From Pseudomonadota bacterium (GTDB lineage Bacteria > Pseudomonadota > Gammaproteobacteria > Steroidobacterales > Steroidobacteraceae), in NCBI GenBank assembly GCA_043746555.1, contig JAYTQU010000012.1, forward strand, positions 1 to 60,079: a stretch of 60,079 nucleotides of DNA. The letters run 5' to 3'. The translations under genes and the position numbers were made by a program. A model generated the notes under the pieces. The model had not been told where the DNA came from. It saw nothing but the letters and a program-made list of their open reading frames with translations, and searched no databases. Shown in pieces: positions 50,899 through 59,744 of the stretch; the stretch's first letter is position 1; every line of letters begins with the position of its first letter.

Positions 50899-51514
50899 TT
50901 ACATTTCCCCTGCAATTCCGGTGGATGGCCTGATGCAATTACCAAATCGCCTCAATTCGCCATACGGTGCTTGCCGATCGTGTGACCTGAGCGCGCGTTT
51001 GCATCGCAGGCTAATGGGGACGATCCAATGACAAGTTACCGCGGTCGTATTTTTGACAATATGTGGGTCTGGTGAGGGCGAACCAGTTCCCGGTTTTCGC
51101 GTTTGGGAATACGCACTAGTTCAAAGAATTGTGTTTGGCTGTATAGACCCGAGCCAGCCAGCCGCCCAATATTCCGCGCTTCTGCGCAATCCGGCTGTGC
51201 CGGCCGCACGACGCATTGCGTTTTCCCGCAACATTGCGCATCTTTAATGCAACCCGCTGACGACCGGCCATTCGTGGCGTATTCACAACGACCTGAAGAT
51301 TCGGGATGTCGCTGTTTGCAGCCAAGCGGCGCGGGAATCGCTTTCCGCGTGGCAGCAATGCGGTATCCACACCACACTCGGTTCGACCATGGTCGTCAGC
51401 GCCGAACCCTGAACGGTCGTAGGGGAATGCAGGCTCGACACCCTCGACGCTCAAGGTCATGATCCGGCGACCTTTCGTAGAGCAGTCACTCGATTCACGT
51501 CTGCGTTAAAGGGC

Positions 51515-51553
51515 CTGTTGGAACTCAAAAACACCTGTCGGAACTCAAAAACA
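51515..51553. repeat. Tandem direct repeat, 19 nt x2 at a 20-nt period (candidate regulator binding site)
   Basis: CTGTTGGAACTCAAAAACA (51515-51533) and CTGTCGGAACTCAAAAACA (51535-51553) differ at one position. The repeat lies 64 nt upstream of the 51617 start. Confidence 0.8.
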
Positions 51554-51616
51554 ATAGAGCATTGCTGAGCGACCCGTTGTGTGCCGGAAGTAGTTGACGA
51601 TTCGAGGACGAAACCT

Positions 51617-52090
51617 ATGACGACAAAAATCGAATTTGCTTCTCATGTTGCCGCCAATCAACTCGGTTCGCTGGAATCGCTTGTGTACTTCAATTCTTGT
51701 CAAAGTCGCGTGAGCGACAGCATTGTCGACGCGGTCGAAAAATTCGGCCCGCTTGAAATCATCGAGAAAGACGAGCGCCTGCGAGTGCGCGTCAGTGGTT
51801 TGGCGGAAGCGCAATCGCTGTTTGCCGTCGAAACGGCATCGGGAAGGCCGGTGGGCATTGCCGTTTACGCGCGTCCGGATCTGCAACACATCACGGTCGT
51901 ACACCTCGGTGTCGCTGCGGAATTCGCCAGTGGCGGTGTGCGAGCACGCGAACAATTGCTGTTGCGGCTGCTGCGGGAACTACGCCGATCGAGTCGGCGT
52001 ATCAAGGGCGTGCGGCATTTCGAGCTGTATTACGGCGGCCGTGCTCGTGCGGCTCAGCGTCCGCAACGACTCGCGTCGGCTTACGCATAA
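51617..52090 (+). CDS. Hypothetical protein (possibly a GNAT-like fold)
   Basis: 157 aa from the ATG at 51617, with GAGGA 9 nt upstream. LFAVETASGRPVGIAVYAR..ITVVHLGVAAEF faintly resembles a GNAT core. The call is not secure. Confidence 0.45.
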   Translation: MTTKIEFASHVAANQLGSLESLVYFNSCQSRVSDSIVDAVEKFGPLEIIEKDERLRVRVSGLAEAQSLFAVETASGRPVGIAVYARPDLQHITVVHLGVAAEFASGGVRAREQLLLRLLRELRRSSRRIKGVRHFELYYGGRARAAQRPQRLASAYA

Positions 52091-52115
52091 CTGATCGCCG
52101 CTGACGGCCGATTTC

Positions 52116-53018
52116 CTATTCCCTAGCGTGTTCGCGCGCGGCCAATTCGTTCAAGAGCGCAAATAGCTGTTCCTCGCCGCCAGCGGTCCCGACGTCGGCG
52201 GTGAATTTCCCATTGATCACGAAGGTCGGCACGCCGGTGATGCGATAGCGTTGCGCCAAAGTGTTTGCATTGTCCAAACTTCTTTCCACGGACATCGCGC
52301 CGAAGCTTTTTTGGAACGCCTGAGCATCGACGCCATGCGCGGCAAAAAATTCGCGCGCCTTATCCACGGTATTAAGCGGATTACCGTTGACGTGAATCTC
52401 GTTAAAGATCAACGGATGCAATTCGTCGAGCCTACCGAGAGATTCGGCGGCGAAATAGAAACGGCCATGGAAACGCGTGATATCGTTCCACGTCGCCGGC
52501 AGACGTCTAAAGACCACATAATCGGCTTTGCCGCCTGGTGGTTTGCTCTTACGCCACGCTTCGACTTTCGGATCAAGCGCATTGCAATGCGGACAGCCGT
52601 ACCAAAAAAACTCGACGATCTCCACTTGGTCCGGTGAGACATCGACGGGTTGCGTGGGCGAGAGACGCGTGTAATTTACTCCTTCCTTGAATCGCGACGC
52701 GGCAGACGACCGCGGCGGAAGTTGCGCAAGCTTTAATGGCGCGACAACGTCTTTTGCAGCCAGCGCATTGCCCGATTCCACATTCTCGTCGGTTTCGTTG
52801 GTGTCCTCAGTCACTTCTTCAGTGGGAGTCTGTATCCCCGCCGCCTGTCCGTTCGCTGCCGGCGACGCCGTCTTGGCGGCTGGCGTAGCGACCGCAGCAA
52901 CTGGCGTTTCGCTTGGCGCCACAGAGGTTCCAGCAGACTTCGCGGGTTCGTTCTGATTGCAGCCAACTAATGCCGCCAGAAACGTCGTCAATACCAATGC
53001 GAAGATTGCCTGTTTCAT
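52116..53018 (-). CDS. dsbA: Thiol:disulfide interchange protein DsbA, lipoprotein-anchored with a long Ala/Pro/Thr/Glu-rich linker
   Basis: Lipobox is LAALVGC. About 100 aa of low complexity follow, then a thioredoxin fold with FFWYGCPHCNAL. Confidence 0.85.
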   Translation of the reverse strand: MKQAIFALVLTTFLAALVGCNQNEPAKSAGTSVAPSETPVAAVATPAAKTASPAANGQAAGIQTPTEEVTEDTNETDENVESGNALAAKDVVAPLKLAQLPPRSSAASRFKEGVNYTRLSPTQPVDVSPDQVEIVEFFWYGCPHCNALDPKVEAWRKSKPPGGKADYVVFRRLPATWNDITRFHGRFYFAAESLGRLDELHPLIFNEIHVNGNPLNTVDKAREFFAAHGVDAQAFQKSFGAMSVERSLDNANTLAQRYRITGVPTFVINGKFTADVGTAGGEEQLFALLNELAAREHARE

Positions 53019-53092
53019 AACATCCGCCGTGGGTGGTTTGGAAAGCGACGCTCAATCGATGCGGCTATTCGGGCAGACGAATAGCACGTCTG

Positions 53093-53719
53093 CTAACGCA
53101 ATCCTTGAATGTACGAGGCCACCGCTTTTATTTCGTCGTCGGACAGTTTCGACGCGATATCGTTCATCGCCTTGGACGCGTCGGTATTGCGCGTACCGCT
53201 CTTAAAAGCGTTCAACTGCGCGACAACGTAGTTGGAATGTTGGCTTTGAATCGAAGGATACACGGCCGGCGGATTGCCGCGACCCGTTGGGCCATGGCAT
53301 GCCAGACACGCCGGTGTTTGCGTCTTTATGTTGCCGCCCCGATATACCTTTTGTCCGAGTTCGAATTTATCCTTGTCGGCCTCCAGGCCATGAATTGTTT
53401 GCGAAGAAAAATAGGCCGCAACGTCGTTCATATCTTCGGGAGAGAGGCCCGTCGCCATCGGCGACATCATGTCGTTCTTGCGAAGGCCGCCCTTAAACGC
53501 CTTCAATTGCTTAACGATGTACGACGCATGTTGACCCGCCAGCGACGGCCATTCGGGATTAACGCTGTTGCCATCGACGCCGTGACACGCCCCGCAAGCC
53601 ACCGCTTTGGTTTGGCCAGCGGCTGCGTTGCCTTCGGCCAGCGCTGTGCTTGCGAGGCCCGCAAAGCTCAGCAGGGATAGGGCCGCCATGGTGGCAATCG
53701 ACTTGGCATTCATCGTCAC
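53093..53719 (-). CDS. Dihaem cytochrome c4
   Basis: 208 aa with a signal peptide and two CXXCH sites (CGACHG and CLACHG), each followed by a distal Met region. Confidence 0.85.
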   Translation of the reverse strand: MTMNAKSIATMAALSLLSFAGLASTALAEGNAAAGQTKAVACGACHGVDGNSVNPEWPSLAGQHASYIVKQLKAFKGGLRKNDMMSPMATGLSPEDMNDVAAYFSSQTIHGLEADKDKFELGQKVYRGGNIKTQTPACLACHGPTGRGNPPAVYPSIQSQHSNYVVAQLNAFKSGTRNTDASKAMNDIASKLSDDEIKAVASYIQGLR

Positions 53720-53836
53720 GACTCCGATAGAGATCCAAAAGAAAAAAACTTGGCAGCATCGCGTCGCTGGGAGCGTCCGCGCGCGGCGCAGAATTGTACA
53801 CTAGCGAACTGCAATCCCGAGGCACGACTTCCCGGC

Positions 53837-54433
53837 ATGTCCCTTTTTCCCCACGTAAAATTCCTGCTGGGCGCACATCAGCCCAAGCAATTTCCCACTG
53901 ACGACGGCGCAGAAGTTGCGATTGCCGGACGGTCGAACGCCGGTAAATCGAGCGCCATTAACGCCATGATCGCTCGGCAAAATCTCGCGCGTAGCAGTAA
54001 AACACCGGGAAGAACGCAACAAATCAATTTCTTCGAATTGGTTCCCGGTCAACGCCTGGTCGATCTACCTGGCTATGGTTTTGCCAAAGTGCCCGTGAAT
54101 GTGCGCCGTCATTGGGGCGAACTGTTGTTGAGCTATTTTGGGCAACGGCAAAGTCTGAAAGGCGTAATCGTGGTGATGGATGCGCGACACCCGCTCACGA
54201 ATATCGATTCGGAAATGATCGAACTCGCCGCGACTCGTTTATTGCCGCTGCACGTGCTGCTCACCAAGTCCGACAAACTGAGTCGATCGGTCGCGTTGAA
54301 AACACTGGCCGAAGTCCGCAAAGCGCTTGCAGGCGGCGCGACCGTGCAATTGTTTTCCGCTACGGCAAAAACCGGCGTGGACGAGGCGCGAGACGTGTTG
54401 AAGACATGGTTGACAAACCGCTCGCTCGCTTGA
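53837..54433 (+). CDS. engB: Ribosome-biogenesis GTPase EngB/YihA
   Basis: The ATG at 53837 gives MSLFPHVKFLLGA. Motifs: G1 GRSNAGKSS, DLPGYGF and TKSDK. Its position next to polA is conserved. Confidence 0.9.
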   Translation: MSLFPHVKFLLGAHQPKQFPTDDGAEVAIAGRSNAGKSSAINAMIARQNLARSSKTPGRTQQINFFELVPGQRLVDLPGYGFAKVPVNVRRHWGELLLSYFGQRQSLKGVIVVMDARHPLTNIDSEMIELAATRLLPLHVLLTKSDKLSRSVALKTLAEVRKALAGGATVQLFSATAKTGVDEARDVLKTWLTNRSLA

Positions 54434-54439
54434 GTTTGC

Positions 54440-57166
54440 TCAATGAGCCTCATCCCAGTTATCGCCCACGCCGATGTCGACTTTGAGCGGCACCGATAAC
54501 TTTGCCGCTTGCGACATGTACTCGCGAATTTTGTCGGTGACAGCGCCGATGAGTTCCTGGCGCACTTCAAGCACCAGTTCGTCATGCACTTGCATGATCA
54601 TGCGCGCATCGATCTGCGACGATTGCAGCCACGCATCCACTTGGAGCATCGCGCGTTTGATGATATCGGCCGCAGTGCCTTGCATCGGCGCATTAATCGC
54701 GCTGCGTTCCGCGTACTGACGTAGCGCTTGATTGCGCGAGTTGATTTCCTGCAAATACAAGCGCCGACCGAATACCGTTTCGACGTAACCCTGCTCGCGC
54801 GCTTGTGCGCGTGTATTGTCCATGTAACGCTTCACGCCGGGATATCGCTCGAAATACAAGTCCACATATTTTTGCGCTTCGCCGCGCCCGATTCCCAACT
54901 GTCGCGCGAGTCCGAATGCGCTCATACCGTAAATCAAACCGAAGTTGATCGCCTTCGCGGAGCGACGCTGTTCCGAGGTGACCTCACTCAGCGGCACACC
55001 GAGCACTTCCGCCGCGGTCGCTTGATGAATATCGCGATCGTCGGCAAAGGCTTTCAACAGACTTTCGTCGCCGGAAAGATGCGCCATGATGCGCAATTCA
55101 ATCTGCGAGTAATCGGCGGCCAGCAAGCGATAGCCACGCGGTGCAATAAACGCCTGACGAATACGACGACCTTCCGCACTTCGAATGGGAATGTTTTGCA
55201 GATTCGGATCGGTTGACGACAATCTCCCGGTCGCCGCGACTGCTTGATGATACGACGTGTGTACGCGTCCCGTCTTCGCATTGACTTGCAGCGGCAACTT
55301 GTCGGTGTAAGTCGATTTGAGTTTCGCGAGACCGCGATACTCCAAGATGAGTTTCGGCAGTTCGTGCTGCTCCGCCAGTTCTTCGAGCACATCTTCCGCC
55401 GTGGACGGTTGGCCCGTCGGCGTTTTACGCAGTGGCGGAATGCCCAACTTGCCGAACAACACGTCTTGAAGTTGCTTGGGAGAATCGACATTGAACGGCG
55501 CGCCCGCGGCCGCATGACACGCGCTCTGCACTTCCAACATTCGTTTAGCAAGCTCGGTACTTTGACGTTTCAACAATTGGACATCCAACAACACACCGGT
55601 TTCTTCGATTCGAAGTAACACGGGCACCAGCGGTTGTTCGATGGTTTCGTATACGTTTTGCAGCGATGGAATCGCAACCAATTGCGGCCACAACGCCTGA
55701 TGCAATTGCAACGTGATATCGGCGTCTTCCGCCGAGTAATTTGCAGCTAGATCGACGGCCACTTGTTCGAAGCCGATTTGCTTGGCACCTTTCCCGGTCA
55801 CGTCTTCATAGTGAGTGGTTTGAATACCGAGATATTTCAGCGCTACAGAATCCATGTCGTGCCGAGTCGCCGTACTGTTGAGCACATACGATTCCAACAT
55901 CGAATCGTACTTCATGCCCGCGAGCGCAATGTCGTAGCGCGCGAGAACATGAGCGTCGTATTTGAGATGATGCCCCAGTTTCGCAACGTGTGGATTTTCC
56001 AGTAGTGGTTTCAGTTGCTGCAAAACCCGTTCGCGATTCAATTGCTCGGGCGCGCCCGCATATCGATGGGCAAGCGGCACGTACGCCGCATGTCCCGCCT
56101 GCGTTGCAAACGACACGCCGACAATTTCCGCGCTCATGTAGTCGAGCGACGTGGTTTCGGTATCGAAAGCGATCAGCTTTGCTTCCGCAAGAAGTTGTAA
56201 CCATTTGTCCAACGCTGCTTGCGTAAAAACGCAGTCGTAGTGCTTTTCTCTAGCAGGCGTGGTTGCGATCGATTGCTCAGCGGGAGATTCGGTAGCGACC
56301 GGCGTAGTTCCCGCATCCAACTGTTTGAGGAGCGAACGTAGTTCCAATCGCGAATACAATTCGTGCAAGCGCGCAACATTGGGCGATGTGCAAACCAGTT
56401 GCTCGGGCTGCAACTCAAGTTGCACGTTGCGGTCGATCGTCGCCAATCGTTTCGATAACTCCAGCTCCGGAAAGCTTGCACGCAGACTCTCGCCGACTTT
56501 TCCGGTAATGCTCTGGGCATTTTTCACCAATGCATCCGCGGTGCCGAAATCGTTGAGCCACTTCGCTGCCGTCTTCGGGCCGACTTTCGGTACGCCGGGG
56601 ATGTTGTCTGAGCTGTCGCCGACCAGCGCGAGGTAGTCGATGATTTGCTCGGGATACACATCGAATTTCGCTTTAACCCCATTGCGATCGAGCCTGCTGC
56701 CGGTCATTGTGTTACTGAGCGTAATGCGCTGGTTCACCAATTGCGCCATATCTTTGTCGCCGGTGGAAATGACGACTTGCATGCCTTGCTCGGCCGCGCG
56801 CGTCGCGAGCGTACCGATCACATCATCTGCTTCGACGCCGGGAACGCGAATGAGTGGCAGCCCCATCGCTTCGACGTTATCGAGCAACGGCTGAATTTGC
56901 GAACGCAACTCGTCGGGCATCGGTGGACGATGCGCTTTGTATTGATCGAATAGATCGTCGCGAAAAGTTCGACCCGGCGCGTCGAACACCACCGCGATGA
57001 AATCCGGCTGCTCGTCCTTCAATGCTTTATTGAGCATATTGACCACGCCCAACAACGCGCCGGTCGGTTCGCCCTTAGAACTCATCAGCGGCGGCAATGC
57101 GTGGAAAGCCCGATACAAAAAGCCCGAGCCATCGATCAATACCAGTTTGCGCAATGGACTTTCCAT
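54440..57166 (-). CDS. polA: DNA polymerase I
   Basis: 908 aa. Has the 5'-nuclease N-terminus (LIDGSGFLYRAFHA), a 3'-5' exonuclease region, and polymerase motifs A (LLAADYSQIELRI), B (RRSAKAINFGLIYG) and C (QVHDEL). Confidence 0.95.
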   Translation of the reverse strand: MESPLRKLVLIDGSGFLYRAFHALPPLMSSKGEPTGALLGVVNMLNKALKDEQPDFIAVVFDAPGRTFRDDLFDQYKAHRPPMPDELRSQIQPLLDNVEAMGLPLIRVPGVEADDVIGTLATRAAEQGMQVVISTGDKDMAQLVNQRITLSNTMTGSRLDRNGVKAKFDVYPEQIIDYLALVGDSSDNIPGVPKVGPKTAAKWLNDFGTADALVKNAQSITGKVGESLRASFPELELSKRLATIDRNVQLELQPEQLVCTSPNVARLHELYSRLELRSLLKQLDAGTTPVATESPAEQSIATTPAREKHYDCVFTQAALDKWLQLLAEAKLIAFDTETTSLDYMSAEIVGVSFATQAGHAAYVPLAHRYAGAPEQLNRERVLQQLKPLLENPHVAKLGHHLKYDAHVLARYDIALAGMKYDSMLESYVLNSTATRHDMDSVALKYLGIQTTHYEDVTGKGAKQIGFEQVAVDLAANYSAEDADITLQLHQALWPQLVAIPSLQNVYETIEQPLVPVLLRIEETGVLLDVQLLKRQSTELAKRMLEVQSACHAAAGAPFNVDSPKQLQDVLFGKLGIPPLRKTPTGQPSTAEDVLEELAEQHELPKLILEYRGLAKLKSTYTDKLPLQVNAKTGRVHTSYHQAVAATGRLSSTDPNLQNIPIRSAEGRRIRQAFIAPRGYRLLAADYSQIELRIMAHLSGDESLLKAFADDRDIHQATAAEVLGVPLSEVTSEQRRSAKAINFGLIYGMSAFGLARQLGIGRGEAQKYVDLYFERYPGVKRYMDNTRAQAREQGYVETVFGRRLYLQEINSRNQALRQYAERSAINAPMQGTAADIIKRAMLQVDAWLQSSQIDARMIMQVHDELVLEVRQELIGAVTDKIREYMSQAAKLSVPLKVDIGVGDNWDEAH

Positions 57167-57639
57167 TTCTCTAGAATGGCGAAGAAATTTGCGCGCTGAG
57201 TGATGGACGATCGGGCTTCTTCAGTGGGCCTTTGAGGCCGCAACCTTGCAGTAGGCACGGCAGTAGGCACGCGAGAAGGACGGCGACGAGAACGGTGTAG
57301 CGGCTTCGCATTCCGTAAGTATATCGTTCTGACGTTGGCCAACGTCCCTTACGGCCAAAATCTCGACGCGTAAATACGCGTAAACTGCGGGGCCATAAAC
57401 GGATCGGAAGCCGATGCCGCTAGAGATGCGCTAACGAAGCCAAGGGGGATCGAATTGTGGCCTTTCTTGCAAAATCAGCGGGATTTCCCCGATGAGTAGT
57501 CGCCCAAATTGTCCATCTTTGCCAAAATGGGGCACAGTTCACGTCTGGCCTCGGATAAAGACCGATCCAGTTCGCAGTCTCCTTACTTTTCATAAGTAGT
57601 ATGTCGCCATCCAGAGATAACCCGTATTAGGAGCGGGCA

Positions 57640-59574
57640 ATGGCCAACTATTCAGCACGCCAAACCAACGACAATGAAAATGTTGTCGACATAGAGCTCT
57701 CAGACATGTCCTCTACACAAGAAACCGTTAGTGCCGCCGGCGCACACTCGCCGCTACTCGTTCTAAGTCGCGATACCGCGCTCATCGACACAGTTCGCAA
57801 ATCCACCCCGCGTGGCACGCGAGTCGTCACGACGCCGAGCATCGATCAAATCGCCAGCCAACTGCCGAGCTTGCAGCCCGGTGTGTTGCTCATCGACACG
57901 GCATCGGCCGCCGACATCGCCGGCATGGTGGCGCAACTCGCGCAACACTTCCCCGATATGGTGGTCGTGGTCGCAGGCAAGTCTGAAGACAGCCAATCGC
58001 TGATGCGCTTAACCGCATCCGGTCAGATTTATCGGTTTCTGTTGCAGCCATTATCGCAAGGCCAAACACGGCTCACGCTGGAAGCCGCGGTCAATCGCAA
58101 CCAAGAGCTGGGTTCCACGGCAAAACGACTTGCATCCGGCAATGTGGAAGAGGCGTCTAAAGCTAATTTCTTAAAGAACGGTATTGTCGCGGGCCTGGGA
58201 TTGCTCGTCGTCATCGGTCTCATTTGGTTTGTAATGAATCGCTTTGCTTCAGGAAGTAAGCCGAGCGATCGCCCCACAATTGCAGAAGGGACCAAGAAAA
58301 ATCCAGGTGAGGCGGAATTGGCGTTGGCTGCAAAGGCACTCGAAGCGGGTAAGTTGGTCGAACCCGCCGGCGAGAGCGCACTCGATCTTTATCGCAGCGC
58401 GTTATCGATCGATCCGAGCAACAAAGCAGCGCGCGACGGCATCAAAGCAGTGGCCGACAAGATTTTGGAGCGCGGCGAAAAAGCGCTCATTTCAGAGAAA
58501 CTCGAAGAAGCGGTGGCCGCAATCGAATTGGCGCGCGACATTCAACCCGATCACCCGCGTCTTGCGTTCATGGACGAACAAATTAAGCGCGAACGCGAAC
58601 GCCTAAAACTCACGCAAGCAAACGAGGTCGGCACCAAAGTCAGCTCATTGGTGGCTCAAGCCTCTCGCTTGATGGAGCAGGACAAACTCATCTCGCCATC
58701 CAACGAAAATGCGCGCGATGTACTAACCGAGGCGCGTCGTTTGGATCCGACCGATCCGGCCGTGTTGCAGGCGAATCGCGATTTGATCAGTCGCATTATC
58801 GATTCCGCAAAACAGTCGGTGAGCGCCGGCAATTTCGAACAAGCGCAATCGTTGGCGGCGGCCGCTCGACAAATGGGTTATGGCGGTTCGAGCCTCGCAT
58901 CCATCGATCGCGCAATCGGCGATGCGCGTAATGCTCAAAGTAAACGCGCGAACGCCGAAAGTGAGATCGCCTTGGCGCGCAAACGCATTTCCGAAGGTCA
59001 ACTGATCGATCCCGCCGGCGACAGCGCCAAAGATCACATCGCGGCCGCGCGCACTGCCGACCCAACGCGCTCGGAAATTGGGGAACTCAACACGCAACTC
59101 GCCAGCAAACTCATCGATCAAGGAAAACAGGCGTTGACCGGGCAACAGTTCGATCGCGCAAAGAGTCTTGCTTCTGCGGCACGCGAAGTCGGCGTGCGTA
59201 GCGCCGAGTCGGCGATCGTTGCGCTCGAACGCGACATCGATGCGAAACGCGCTGCTGCAAACGCGGCCAAAGTGGCGGCGAGTACGACTGCTCCGGCTCC
59301 AGCGCCGGTGGCTGCCACACCGCTTAAGCGCGTGAGATTCGTCGAACCTATATTCCCCGACTCGGCGCGTCGCAAAGGTATCAGCGGCTGGGTTGAAATC
59401 GCGTTCACTGTCAGCGCCAAAGGCACTGTGGAAGACGCTAAAGTTCGCGCGTCGAGCCCTGAAGACGTTTTCGACGATGCTGCACTCCGCGCCGTGCGCC
59501 AATGGCGATACGAGCCACCCGAGATTGACGGAAAGCCGACCGCGCAGCGATCCGCCGTACGCCTTAAGTTCTAA
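57640..59574 (+). CDS. TonB C-terminal-domain protein with an N-terminal receiver-like domain, one TM and three long internal repeats
   Basis: 644 aa. A REC-like fold lies at aa ~37-155, a TM at aa 181-199, three ~75-aa homologous segments recurring every ~105-110 aa at aa ~231-518, a Pro/Ala linker, then the TonB_C motif FPDSARRKGISGWVEIAFTVSAKGTVEDAKV..AALRAVRQWRYEP. Confidence 0.8.
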   Translation: MANYSARQTNDNENVVDIELSDMSSTQETVSAAGAHSPLLVLSRDTALIDTVRKSTPRGTRVVTTPSIDQIASQLPSLQPGVLLIDTASAADIAGMVAQLAQHFPDMVVVVAGKSEDSQSLMRLTASGQIYRFLLQPLSQGQTRLTLEAAVNRNQELGSTAKRLASGNVEEASKANFLKNGIVAGLGLLVVIGLIWFVMNRFASGSKPSDRPTIAEGTKKNPGEAELALAAKALEAGKLVEPAGESALDLYRSALSIDPSNKAARDGIKAVADKILERGEKALISEKLEEAVAAIELARDIQPDHPRLAFMDEQIKRERERLKLTQANEVGTKVSSLVAQASRLMEQDKLISPSNENARDVLTEARRLDPTDPAVLQANRDLISRIIDSAKQSVSAGNFEQAQSLAAAARQMGYGGSSLASIDRAIGDARNAQSKRANAESEIALARKRISEGQLIDPAGDSAKDHIAAARTADPTRSEIGELNTQLASKLIDQGKQALTGQQFDRAKSLASAAREVGVRSAESAIVALERDIDAKRAAANAAKVAASTTAPAPAPVAATPLKRVRFVEPIFPDSARRKGISGWVEIAFTVSAKGTVEDAKVRASSPEDVFDDAALRAVRQWRYEPPEIDGKPTAQRSAVRLKF

Positions 59575-59604
59575 ACCAAGTTTTCGATCGCTCCGAGAGT
59601 GTTT

Positions 59605-59631
59605 GGGCCGGTTCTACCGGCCCTATTTTTT
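59605..59631 (+). terminator. Rho-independent terminator after the TonB-like gene
   Basis: GGGCCGG-TTCTA-CCGGCCC followed by TATTTTTT. Confidence 0.8.
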
Positions 59632-59703
59632 GCGCTGCGCGAGATGCCGTTGACCGCGCATCACGCGAAACCAATTGAGGTTTTTTCGTAGGCCGTCAAC
59701 GTT

Positions 59704-59744
59704 CCGCTAATGCGCCGCGTGTTTTACGCGCGGCGCATTAGCGG
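59704..59744. repeat. Perfect 16-bp inverted repeat with a 9-nt spacer
   Basis: CCGCTAATGCGCCGCG (59704-59719) pairs with CGCGGCGCATTAGCGG (59729-59744). It overlaps the nominal 3' end of the HTH ORF. Confidence 0.8.

Noticed and set aside
51116-51460. 114-aa minus-strand ORF upstream of the kinase, considered as a possible PilZ-domain protein (RFPRR then NVAGKR/NASCG)
   Set aside because: The second PilZ motif (D/N-x-S-x-x-G) does not fit. The protein is very basic. It overlaps two other equally poor ORFs, and the Shine-Dalgarno sequence is weak. I kept it only as part of the long-leader observation.
51515-51553. Reading the tandem repeat as a sigma-E type promoter (GGAACT .. TCAAA) or a sigma-54 promoter
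   Set aside because: The spacing between GGAACTC and TCAAA is about 18 nt, longer than the ~16 nt expected for the E. coli sigma-E consensus I recall. There is no GG-N10-GC element. I therefore report it only as a repeat.
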